In this document: one piece after another, positions 49,311 through 60,667 of the stretch | How positions within the stretch are numbered: the first letter of the stretch is position 1 | Layout of the letters: each line of letters begins with the position of its first letter | Assembly: GCF_000143415.4 (NCBI RefSeq) | Contig: NW_003314375.1 | Location: forward strand, 62,001 to 126,000 | DNA: 64,000 bases | Reading direction: 5' to 3' | Origin: Selaginella moellendorffii | Lineage: Eukaryota; Plantae; Lycopodiophyta | Translations under genes and position numbers: made by a program | The notes under the pieces: generated by a model | The model's database searches: none | What the model was told of the DNA's origin: nothing | Seen by the model: only the letters and a program-made list of their open reading frames with translations

Positions 49311-51907
49311 GCAACATCCAGACCACCTTTCAGCAACACTTCCGACCGCAACTCGTCACCGGAACCAAGAGATTCCCCAAACACTCTCCCGGCCACTCGA
49401 ACCGAACACTCGACACCAGCCGTCCGTATCGAGAAGCAACACTAGATGATACCACAATGAGCATCATCGACAATCAGCAAGCCTCATGGTATCAACAATG
49501 GCCAACACGCTACTCAGAAACCATCCCCGACAACTTCTCCTGGACAACCCTCCAGTCGCCACTCAACTCGGCACAAAATGCTGAGTTCCAAGCTACCGTC
49601 CGATCAACTCCACGAGATCAGATCTGCACCGTCCAACAATGCTCAATCTTAGCCGCCAGATCATCATCTCCACAACAGATCACAGCCCTCAGATCTTGCC
49701 ACGCAATCGCCACCGTTCAAACTAAACCCCACCAAGTTTCATGGGACACAAACCTAAGTCGCCAACAGCAGCTCGCCAGCACCCTTTCCAGCGCGCCACC
49801 AGCTCCAGCAACGATGCCCAAGCGCAAGATGAGAGCCATTCCCCCAAGACGCCTCAGGTATGTCCGCCACAGCTTGCCCAAGCTTCCGACCGAGGCAGTC
49901 ACGGCATGGCTGGTCGAGCAGGGGTTCGGCCAGCTCCTCGAGATCTTCAAAACCCCATTCGATCACCACCTCGCCCGCAAGCTCGCCAAGAAGTATGACG
50001 AGAGCCGCAACACGATCTCAGATGACGTCAACAACATCGCCATCACGCCGGCCCTGCTCAGCAAAGTTTTCAAGATCCCTCGAAAAGGACTCGACAAGTT
50101 CCCCAAAGAGGTTCCCAAGGTCATCCTCAAGCCAGGCGCATCCCCAACCACAGAAGGGCCCAAGTGGGAACACCAGGAGAAGCTGCGCGCCCTGCTCCTC
50201 CTCTACGACCTCCGTCCCACTGACAAATCTATCAGCAAGCTTACCACCCAAGCCTATCACGCCATGGACCGAGGAGAGCGAGTCAACGTCACCAGCCACC
50301 TGAACACTATGCTGGCGAAGCAACTGAAGAAAATCAATGAGAAACCTACGAGAGGCCAAACCATCTCCACCGTGATCTTCCCGATGCTCATCGCTTTGCA
50401 CGCCGCCCACCCCGACAAGCAGCCCTGGTCTACCAGCTCCTCGACTGAACACAGCCATGCTGACGACGACGACTCAGCATCGATCGAGACCCTGCCCTCA
50501 CCACCGCACAAGAAGAAAGCCCAACCCTCCTCATCGAAGCATCATCCACCACCCAGCCCCACCCCCAGCAAGACCAGCAGCGAAGACACCTCATCCGACG
50601 AAGAATCTCCACCACCTTGCCGCCATAAGCTTCGTCAAACTCCTCAACGTAAGAACTGCCACCGCAGCACGGAGTACGTTGTCCTCACCAACAGGGACAC
50701 CACAAACACCACAGAACCCCGCCAGCACCAGCACCAATCAATTCCAAGCCGACCCCGAGCTCGTTCACCTTCTCCAACACCAATCTTCAACAACTCAGAA
50801 GCTTTCACTGGCGACCAGCACCACGACAACAACGATTCCCATCACCCAGACAATATCACCGCCAGCAACAGCAAGATCTCCAGCGGGCACGTCAACTCCG
50901 GCAACGTTAAACCTCTCCATCCATCAGCAGCACATCCGACTCTCAACACCACAGCAGATGCCCCGTTGAACTTCAGCAAAAATCCGAGCTCTTCATCAAA
51001 TATTACAGTGCCTCATCTCGACCGTCCATCTTCAACGACCATAATTAAATTCGCGCCAACTCAGCACTGTCAAATCTTAACAAACTTGACAGATCAGCGC
51101 AGTCCATCTGCATCCGCTCAGCATCAGCCACCTCAGCAGCAATCAACGCCCCAAATCACACCGGCCGACCCCATCAAGAACCCAGCTCCCGACTCAGTTT
51201 CAGCGCCCTACGGCTCGCCTTCAGCGCCTTCTCCACCAGTCCAAGCATCTCAGCCGCACCAGCAATCCACCATGCCTCCACTCCAGTCCCAGGTACGCAA
51301 AGACAGAACCTCCTTCGACCACGAAATCCGCCAAGAACACGAAGACAAGATGCAAGATCCCGGATACCTCCATCGCAAGCTCTTCGAGGCTCTGGAGCGC
51401 CGCGCCAGTCATGACATCAGCCAGGCCATCCGAGGCCACGTTCCCCAGGCTCAGGACATCGGCCAGCACCTCTCCCGCAATGGCGCCTTCATCAACACCA
51501 GGAACGCAGTCCGTGCTGAGTTCTACGAGCCGCTCGTCACGGAGATCAGCAATCTCCACAACACCATTCACCACCTCCAGGGCGACATCCAGAGCATCAA
51601 GACAACGGCCGCCATCTCTTCTCGCGCCAACAACAACCCCACTGGCCAGCAGAACTACTGGCGAGACAAGTACCACCACGGAGTCACCGTCATCCAGGAG
51701 CACCAGCAGCGCATTGACCATCTTGAAGCGCTCCTCGCCGAGTATGAGGATGATGATGGCTCAGACCCACCCGACAGTGAGCCCAACGATAACCTGACCC
51801 TCCCCCAGCAGCGCCACCGACTGCGACGCCTGCAGCGAGCTCTGGAAGCGAACCACCTCCACCACCAAGCAATGGACACTGATCATGGCCCCGAGGACGG
51901 AGCCTAG
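49310..51907 (+). CDS. Accessory ORF in frame with integrase (plant-mobile-domain-like core, low-complexity linker, coiled coil)
   Basis: Stop-free continuation of the integrase frame to 51907. Core WLVEQGFGQLL..DHHLARKLAKKYD...IAITPALLSKVFKIP. Confidence 0.7.
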   Translation, partial: CNIQTTFQQHFRPQLVTGTKRFPKHSPGHSNRTLDTSRPYREATLDDTTMSIIDNQQASWYQQWPTRYSETIPDNFSWTTLQSPLNSAQNAEFQATVRSTPRDQICTVQQCSILAARSSSPQQITALRSCHAIATVQTKPHQVSWDTNLSRQQQLASTLSSAPPAPATMPKRKMRAIPPRRLRYVRHSLPKLPTEAVTAWLVEQGFGQLLEIFKTPFDHHLARKLAKKYDESRNTISDDVNNIAITPALLSKVFKIPRKGLDKFPKEVPKVILKPGASPTTEGPKWEHQEKLRALLLLYDLRPTDKSISKLTTQAYHAMDRGERVNVTSHLNTMLAKQLKKINEKPTRGQTISTVIFPMLIALHAAHPDKQPWSTSSSTEHSHADDDDSASIETLPSPPHKKKAQPSSSKHHPPPSPTPSKTSSEDTSSDEESPPPCRHKLRQTPQRKNCHRSTEYVVLTNRDTTNTTEPRQHQHQSIPSRPRARSPSPTPIFNNSEAFTGDQHHDNNDSHHPDNITASNSKISSGHVNSGNVKPLHPSAAHPTLNTTADAPLNFSKNPSSSSNITVPHLDRPSSTTIIKFAPTQHCQILTNLTDQRSPSASAQHQPPQQQSTPQITPADPIKNPAPDSVSAPYGSPSAPSPPVQASQPHQQSTMPPLQSQVRKDRTSFDHEIRQEHEDKMQDPGYLHRKLFEALERRASHDISQAIRGHVPQAQDIGQHLSRNGAFINTRNAVRAEFYEPLVTEISNLHNTIHHLQGDIQSIKTTAAISSRANNNPTGQQNYWRDKYHHGVTVIQEHQQRIDHLEALLAEYEDDDGSDPPDSEPNDNLTLPQQRHRLRRLQRALEANHLHHQAMDTDHGPEDGA

Positions 51908-51923
51908 ATCAAGCATGGGGCAG

Positions 51924-52298
51924 TGGAAACCTCCCCTAACACATGCACGCCCAGGAGCAGCTACACTCACGACTGAAAGCCAGGTTCAAACGGCTACTAG
52001 TTTATTTTCTCTATTCTAGGCATATGCTGGCGGTTAGAACTGCCAACAGGAGAGTGGTTTTGAGAGACCCCAGCGCAGCTAGGGTTCCCCATCTCCTTTC
52101 CCATTCCATTGTACTTCAAGACTCCTGAATCGCACCCCCCTATTTGCATTATCTTTGACTTGAGTCTCTCTCCCCGCCGATCCACCACTTCTTTCACCCC
52201 TCCTCAGCTGGCGACCTCTGGAGATCAGGCGCCAGTTCTCAGATTGAGTTCTAGCGGTAGCAGCATTCTCTTCCATCTCCGAATTTTCCCAGTAAACA
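51924..52298 (+). repeat. 3' LTR
   Basis: Preceded by PPT aagcatggggcag and followed by TSD AGACC. Confidence 0.96.
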
Positions 52299-52760
52299 AG
52301 ACCTTTCCTATGCACTTGCCGATGGTGCGATCCATTGGGCAAAGTTCGTAGTAGAGGAGGAGGGCTTTGAGGTGATCCATATGCTGCTCCTTGATGTCCT
52401 CCCATGTGAGCTCACTGGTAATCTCTAGATTCGCCTTGATGATTTGCTGTGGAACTTCTCCTGAGAATTTGAGCAATCCCTTGTTGGAGATTTTGAAAAT
52501 GGAAGTGATTCTTGCTGGGCTAAGGGTGATCTCATTGCCACTGTCGGTTATGGTGCTGTTCTTGGGGTTGAAGGAGGTGGCCAGCTTCCTCACCAGCTTT
52601 TGGTCAGGGTGTGCCAAAAAGGCCTTGTGGAGGAGCTCAAATCCACGGTCCTTGAGCCAGGCAGTTGTGTCGTTGCTAGGGAAGCCTAGGAATATGGTGC
52701 ATGATGTACTTGAGGCGCCGGGGTGGATGAGCTTGCATCATTTTCTGTGATCGAAGTGCT
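52299..52760 (-). pseudogene. Older homolog of the accessory ORF, interrupted by the gypsy insertion (continues at 41502-40642)
   Basis: DQKLVRKLATSFN..ITLSPARITSIFKI..LKALLLYYELCPMDRTIGK | VYGALLNGECVNVAHHL..LMFPVLVALHQALPNKQPWTT aligns with ORF 49037-51907. Confidence 0.88.
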
Positions 52761-53059
52761 TGCCTCATTAGGGTTTCTGAGACCCGTAACTTTTGGTTGG
52801 CCGATCATATTCTTGGTGATGAACAGTAGAGATTTGTTGACCGAATGACTTGGCTTAATTGAAGATTAATGGTGGAGATTACTGATGAAGTTAACTTAAG
52901 TTCAACTGCTGAGGTGGCATTGATCTAACAGTAGATTTGGACTTAGAGATGTTGTTTGTTGCTGCTGTTTGTGGTTGAGTTGAGTGGAGTTGTGTTGAAC
53001 TGAGTTGAGTTAAAGTTTGTCTGTTGGGGTGATTGTTGACTATTGGTTTCAGGGTGTCA

Positions 53060-56000
53060 TCTAGTCAATAGCTCTGAGAATGCCTTGAAGAGGCTAGTTA
53101 TGCATAATCAATACTCAGCCGAAACTAAAGTGAAGATCATGAGATGGACTCATATCAGTACACAACCTTCTCATAGACAAAGTTATAATACGGGTACAAC
53201 CTTAAATAACTAAGTTGGACATCATCATTTTTAGCCAAGGCGCAAGGCTACCAAAACTAAGTCAAGAGCTCACTACTCTCATAGAGTTTAACAAAATACA
53301 AGGTGTTAAACTCATAGAGTTTAACAAAACTTGCTACCGAGCATAATGCTATAGAAAAAAGCCATAAGGGTCTTTTCTACATTAACTCCAAACTCTATCC
53401 AACTCAATTGCATTAGCCCTAAAAGTTAACATCCTTTTCAGGCTGCATCATATAAACTACATACTAAGTTGTAAGCTAATTGAAGTCAATTCCAACCCTT
53501 GCACTAATTTGTACTGGCTTATAAAAACATGGTTTTTAAACAAGTGATCAACAGATCAATCATTGGAAAAGCTTAAAAAAAATTGTGGAAAAATTTTCTA
53601 TCATAGAGAAAGAATGACTCTCAGTTCAAAAATGCAAACTTTCAAGACTCAGCCAACTTCCTCCTACCTACAATTTCACATAGGTTCACCTCAACACAAA
53701 TTCTCAAGACCCATAGTATATTTAAGCTTTGAATATCATGCCCATATTTCTGATATCCAACATTGACATCCGCAAAAATGCAAAATGAACATCTAAGGCT
53801 TGATCATGAAGACCATATCTTTGAATATCTGCATTGCACTAACACTTTTCTTAAACCACTTTCAAGATCCAATATGAAGCCAAAACATTAATAAAAAAAA
53901 TGACATGGAAAATCAAACTCTAAAGAAAATTCCTCATCACCCGAAACAACAATACCACTTTCTCCAACACAAGTGTTAGCAATGTCAATGTTGCAACTAC
54001 ACACATTTTTTATTCAATAATTTACTCCAAGTGCTAATGGCTCAACTGACAAGCTATAGCAAGTGAATGCTATAACCTTTTCCAACACATTATGGGCAAT
54101 TTCCCTAGGAAATAAAGTACTAACTTAAGCTTAGCATAATAACTATCGAGAATCCAGTCAAAGCTACTATAATGCTACTTTGTGTAAGTAGACTAACTTC
54201 ACTATCAACCACTTTGGGGTTGATTATCATTTGACCAAGCAACTTCATAAACACATTACTCAGTATCACATGGATATGATATAAATATCACAATGACTTG
54301 ATTATTAATTGAGCAACACCAAGAGTAATACCCATGTCATTACTTCAAAGGTTTATATGAGTATCAAATATTAACCCAATTTGATAAAATGCAACACAAA
54401 TGCCACACCCCACTGATACAAATTTACAACATTTAACACCACTAACTTTTGTTCACAATACAAACAAGCTCATACCACTCTCTTTTTGACCAAACTCAAA
54501 ACTTATCCAACACCAAGCTACTCAAAGAGCAATAGCAAAGTTCTCTGAAAAAGAATTGAACATTGTAACCCAAGCTTTCCAATAGCAAGCCTTGACAAAA
54601 ATAATATAGCATTTCACCGCTATCCATCCCGCAACTCACCATTTGTAAGACCATCATTTCCAATATGTATCAAGGTAGGGACTCTTCATTGCATAATGTG
54701 AACACGAGCAATGAATCACATCTCGTTGCAAATTATCTCTCCAAGAAAAGAAGATGATTTATGTGTTTGATCCTTCGTCCCTGATAACTCTCTTTTCGGT
54801 CTTATCTTTTGACCAAACCTCAAACTTGCTTTTGCATTGCCTTCAATACAATCCAAGAAAATTTTATGAGAGAGCACAGCAATAATTACTTGAATCAATA
54901 GATTTATCCCTATAATCTTGATTGATCCACTTATAATCATGCCTAGGAAGGATCCACTAGTGCTGTGCTAAACAGGTATGGACCAGTTTATTTGCCATTC
55001 ATAGCAAACCCAAGGAAAGTTTACTTTCACCCATGGTACAAGGAACAACTCATGGAACCATCGATAGGTTAACATCAATTCTGCCAACTCAAAAAGTAAC
55101 CTCGAGTTGCTAATGTGCCTCACTCACAAGCCCAAGTGCAAACTTATGTAAAATGGTACAACTTATTCCATCCTATGAGCCCAAGAGCAAGCTCATACAA
55201 TATGGTATAAAAGGTAACCAAAATCCATACCCAAGGAACGATTGCGAAGCCTTTACACCCAAACGTGTACTCACTCGGATCATCGTTTTCATCTCTGCGT
55301 ATGCAATGAGACTAGTTGCCCAATCTTATTGGATAGTATTTGCCAAGACTCATCCTCTGATACCAAATATAACACACATGCTTTTTACCATTTATCCTAT
55401 GGTGATTTACCATAGGATAACCACGAAGGGGAACTTAAACTCTCCATATGCCACATATCATATGCCACATATCACATGCCACATGTTCAAAAGACAGTGG
55501 TATGGAATCCGAGTTTTAGGGCCTTGTGCCACTGAATGAAGGAATGGTGCTAAACTCCCAAGTATGGAGCCAAGGAGCAATGGCACTAGAGCACGGAACA
55601 ACTCTCGAACATATAGCCCAAGGAGTGAAAGGACAGGAGTACAAAGCAACTTGGATCAATCCTAGAGCAACCAACATCCTAATGCCAAAACCAGCACGCA
55701 AAACAGAGCCAAACAGAGTCTGGTGCTATTTCAACATACTGATGGTCTAACGTAAGGATATGAGCACTCCACTAGCTAGCATGGAGTGGAACTTGGGTTT
55801 AGACCCAAGCTAAATGCAAAACAAAGATAGGCACGCAAGTAGGAGCTAGACTATGCCTCAAATTAGTCAGCCATGCCTAATTTACCCTTTATCCCTACTA
55901 TAGATTTGGAACTTTGCATAACCCTCGCCCCCCCGAGAAACACACACTTTGGGCTTTCACCCCAAGCCTCCCTTAGTACCAGGAGTTAGTCTTTGGGACA

Positions 56001-59000
56001 AACTTGAAACTTACTAAATATGGAATGTCTCTAAATTATGAATTTGGATATGAGATGAATACCATTATGTTCAAAACAATTTTTACATTCTATAGATATG
56101 CCAAATAAGCAAATCTAGACACTTTCCATAAATAGCATTTAGGACCAGAATGATACTAACACAAAGGGCATGATAGCGAGGGTGTTTGGCAAGCACGGTA
56201 AGCTATTATGTAGCAATATAACTAGTCTCAATACGCGAGGGTTCTTGTCACTAGCCAGTGCAAGACACAACGAGACAGGAACTCCTTACTAGGCTAAGTA
56301 TGTTTAGCTAATAGCATGTAAGAATTCCGTCCTTATGCTCATCCGGTCTAAGTACACTCAAAATGCCTAGTTAACTCCACTAGCACAAAAGGGATTAATA
56401 AAGGGTCCAGCAATACTGACTTCTTACTATTGTGGCAATAAAAAAAGAGTGTTTATAAGGACTGGCTGACAAGTAACTTTCGATACTCGAAGTCACATTT
56501 GCGACACTTCCCTAACAACTTCTAACAAATGGAACAATGACCATAAAAAACTCAAAAAACCAAAGCTCGAAGAAGTTTATAGCCAAGTTGTGCATAACAA
56601 TGATCACGAATCTTACATGAATTAATTTCAATGCTAAAGAAGAAATCATAGGACAATCCATAATATCCTCCTTAACACATCCATAAGTTAAACTTTATAA
56701 TGCCAAAACTAATGAAGAGCATATCTGTATCAATCCAAAAGTTAAGCATAACGAAACTATACTTAACAAGTGATCATTAAACAATCTTCCATGAATCCAT
56801 CTATAGCAAGATGTAACTCACTTCATAATAAGCACAAAAGAAATTATCAATGATTGATATATCCCCAACTCAAATTCAAAAAAGGATTTAAACATTTCAA
56901 TATCGATCACTAACTCTTCCTTTTGTAATGTTAGTATAGTCCATGACTAATCACTTTCAAGGAAAAGCCAAAGCTCAACCCCTACTAAGCAATCTCATCT
57001 AAAACACAACTAACTCAACTTGCCATTTAGTTCATTTGAACATCAATACAATTGCTAACTAGTAAATGCATGGATACCAATAACACAAAGCTACAACCTA
57101 AGTATCAACATTATTTGCATCGAAACTAATGAAATTTAATATCAATCTTATGGAGAGATATTTCACTTCACTCAAATCTTAACATCAACAATGTCAACGA
57201 TAAGGCACCACTTCAATGCCATCAACACCAAAACAAAGCTAGAAGAAAGCAAAAGTGAATAGCCACTCAAAGCTTTCTAGCAATCAAACTAACTAAAGTC
57301 AAAGATACTATACTTAGTATTTGAGACTAGTTCTTCAACAATACTTAGCTACAGATAACGCATCATCAAGAAGTGAATCACCACATCCAAGACTTAATGA
57401 AATCAAATACCACAGACTAAACATAACCAAATGATATCGACAGAGGTAGAGTCAACATACCAATATGGAAAAACCATATAAGTCTAACGACACAATCCTC
57501 CGCAACACCATCCAGTAAGCAAGTTTATCATTGCTAGATTATCATCTAACAAAGCAAGTATTAATAATCCTTTGATAAAGTCTACAAGTAATCACTAGTC
57601 ACAAAGCAACTAATAATCACTCGTCAATTTACCTTTTATAAGACCCAAACATTAAACTTATGTCATCGAGTTATATACTTGCCCAACATAAATGTAATAC
57701 CCCAGGTACGAGATAAAACTTCATGGACAGACATAAACTAAATGACTACTCGAATCCAACTCAACTGCAATAAGCTCACCAATACGTTTAATCAATAGCT
57801 CTGAGCATGCCTTGAAGAGGCTAGTTATGCATAATCAACACTCAGTCGAAACTAAAGTGAAGACCATGAGATGGACTCATATTGGTACACAACCTTCTCA
57901 TAGACAAAGCTATAGTATGGGTACTAACATTTTAACCTTAAACAACTAAGTTGGACATCATCATCCTCAGCCAAGTGCAAGGCTACCAAAACTAAGTTAA
58001 GATCAGTGAGAGCTCACTACTCTCATAGGGTCACCTTTCTTAAAAAAAAATGCAACGGCCACTTTTCTACACCAACTCCAGACTTTATCCCACTCAATTG
58101 CTTTAGCCCCAAAAGTTAGCATTCTTTTCAAGTCGCATATAAACTACGTATTAAAATTTAAGCCAATCGAAGTCAATTCCAACCCTTTCACTAGTTTATA
58201 CTAGTTTACAAAAATGGAAAGGTTTTTGAGCAAAGTGATCAACAAATCAACCATTGGAAAAGCCTAAAAAAATTTATGGAAAATTTTCCATCCTAGAGAA
58301 AGAATTACCCTCAATCCAGGAATGCAAACTTTCAAGACTCAACCAACTTCCTCCTACTAACAACTTCACATAGTTTCACCTTAATACAAATTCTCAAGAC
58401 CCATAGTATACTTAAGTTTCAAACATCATACCCATATTTTTTATATCCAAGACTAACATCCGCAAAAATGCAAAATGAACATCCAAGGCTTAATCACAAA
58501 GACCATATTTTCGGATACCCACATTGCATTAACACTCTTTTTTAACCACCTTCAAAATCCAATGTAAAGCCAAAACACTAACAAACAAAAGGACATAGAA
58601 AATCAAGATTTAAGGAAAATTCCTCATCACTCAAAATAACAATGCCATTTCCACTAACACAAGTGCTAGCAATGTCAATGCCTCAATTACATACATTTTC
58701 CATCCGACAATCTACTCCAAGTGTAACAGATTCACCAACAAGTCATAGCAAGTTAATGCTACAACCCTTTCCAACACCTCAATGAGTAAACCCTTTAAGA
58801 ACCAAGGTACTAACTTAAGTTTAGCATAATAGACCACTATTAAGAATCCAGTCAAGGCTACTTCATTGTTACTATATATAAGTAGATTAGCTTCACCATC
58901 AACCACTTTGGGGTTGATCATCATCTAACCAAGCAACTTCGTAAACACATTACTTATTATCACATGAATATGATATAAAAATCACAATGACTTGATCATC

Positions 59001-59590
59001 AATCAAGAAACACCACGAATAATGCTAATGTCATTACTTTAAAGGTTTAATGTGAGTATCAAGTGTCAACTCAATTTCACAAAATGCAACATAAATACCA
59101 CACTCCACCGATAGAGACTTACAACACCCAACACCATTAATTTTTGTTCATAACACGGACAAGTTTATGTTGCTCTCTATCTTACCAAACTCAAAACTAA
59201 TCCAACACCAAGCTATTCAAGGAGTAATACCAAGGTTCTTTGAAAAAGAATTGACCATTGCAACTTAAATCTTCAATAGTAAGCTTAGACAAAATGGTTT
59301 AACGCTTCACCACTATTCATCCCTTGACTCACCACTTGTAAGACTATTATAACCAATATGCATCAAAATAGGGACTCATGATTGCATAATGTAAATATAA
59401 GCAATGAGTTAACACCTTATTGCAAATCATCTCTCCAAAAAGAAAAAATTATTTACGTGTTTGATCTTTCGTCCTTAATGGTTTTCTTTTCGGTCTCATC
59501 TTTAACTAAACCTTGAGTTTGCATTTGCATTGTTTTAGTCCAACCAAAGAAATTTTTTTGAGAGAGCACAGCAATAACTATTTGAACCAA
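53060..59590 (-). mobile_element. Decayed tandem LTR retroelement (internal-LTR-internal)
   Basis: 53060-54900 is repeated at 57790-59590 (~4.7-kb period). PBS-Met tggtatcagag at 55365-55355 and G-rich PPT at ~55921-55935 flank a ~550-bp LTR-like segment. Confidence 0.65.
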
Positions 59591-60667
59591 TTTATATTAC
59601 TAGTTTTTTATTATCTATTTTCTGTATATATTTTTGTAGTTGTTTTTGAATATTTATATATTTGTTCCAGGTTTTCTATGTAAATTTTTTTTCTGTTTTT
59701 TAAATTTTTTTCTAGTGATGTATATGACATTACCATTGTTTCTATTTTTAAATGTTCTACTTTTTCTGATTTATAGTCATTTGTATGCAATATTACTAAT
59801 GAAGAAAGAAGGATATATACAAATAATAAAAGACAATACACATAATAAGAAACTAATAGATCATATATGGGTAAAAGATATAATATATACAGAAGCAGGA
59901 ATAGCACCTGCATACTGGACAGATCATAATAAATTATATATCATAATAAAAATTATTTAAAAACAAAATAAAACCAAGTGTTGCTGCAACTCAACATGCA
60001 GCAATTTTATTTTCATTTGTAAAGGAACTCAAGTTACAAAGATAGTATATAAGTTATATATATGGATCTAAAGGGCTTTTAAAGATATTTTAAGTTAGTC
60101 AAACCCTAGATACAAATCAATTACAATTCACAATTCACGGTAAAGCCTCACAACTATGGCCATAGCCTTCGCAAGGGTTATTATGGCCATGATTGCTTTG
60201 CATCTTTGCAAGCCTTGTGTCATGACAGTTACAAGCTCCATCATTTTCTCCTTCATTGACATTTTGTTTTTCTCAGGGTGAGCTCCAGGATGCATTTTGC
60301 TTTCTATTTCAAATTTATGTGTACATCGTGGTGTTAGGGATCTTGGTGAGAAGGAGAGCTTCATGGTTGAGTGTTGTTTCTCATGTGATTTGCATAGCCA
60401 AAAGCTAAATTGATTTTCTAAAATAAAATAAAAGTTTTTAATAATCCTATATCTATGCAAAACCATTGCAACATAACCCGAATCATAGGACTACTACATG
60501 CTTAGTATTCTAAACGACCTGGCCACGATCTTGCTTTTCTCAGGCAACTTTTGGGCGTTTCTGTTGCAAATCGTCCGCAAACTTCTCTGTGGCATCTATT
60601 GGGCGCTTCTGTCGCGGATCACCTGTAAACTTGAAATGTCACATCATGATATCATGGGAATAGCGTA

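Larger units (their letters stand above)
41503..52298 (+). mobile_element. Full-length non-chromovirus Ty3/gypsy LTR retrotransposon
   Basis: 375-bp TG..CA LTRs at 41503-41877 and 51924-52298; TSD AGACC at 41498-41502 and 52299-52303; PBS, PPT and gag-PR-RT-RH-INT order. Confidence 0.97.
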
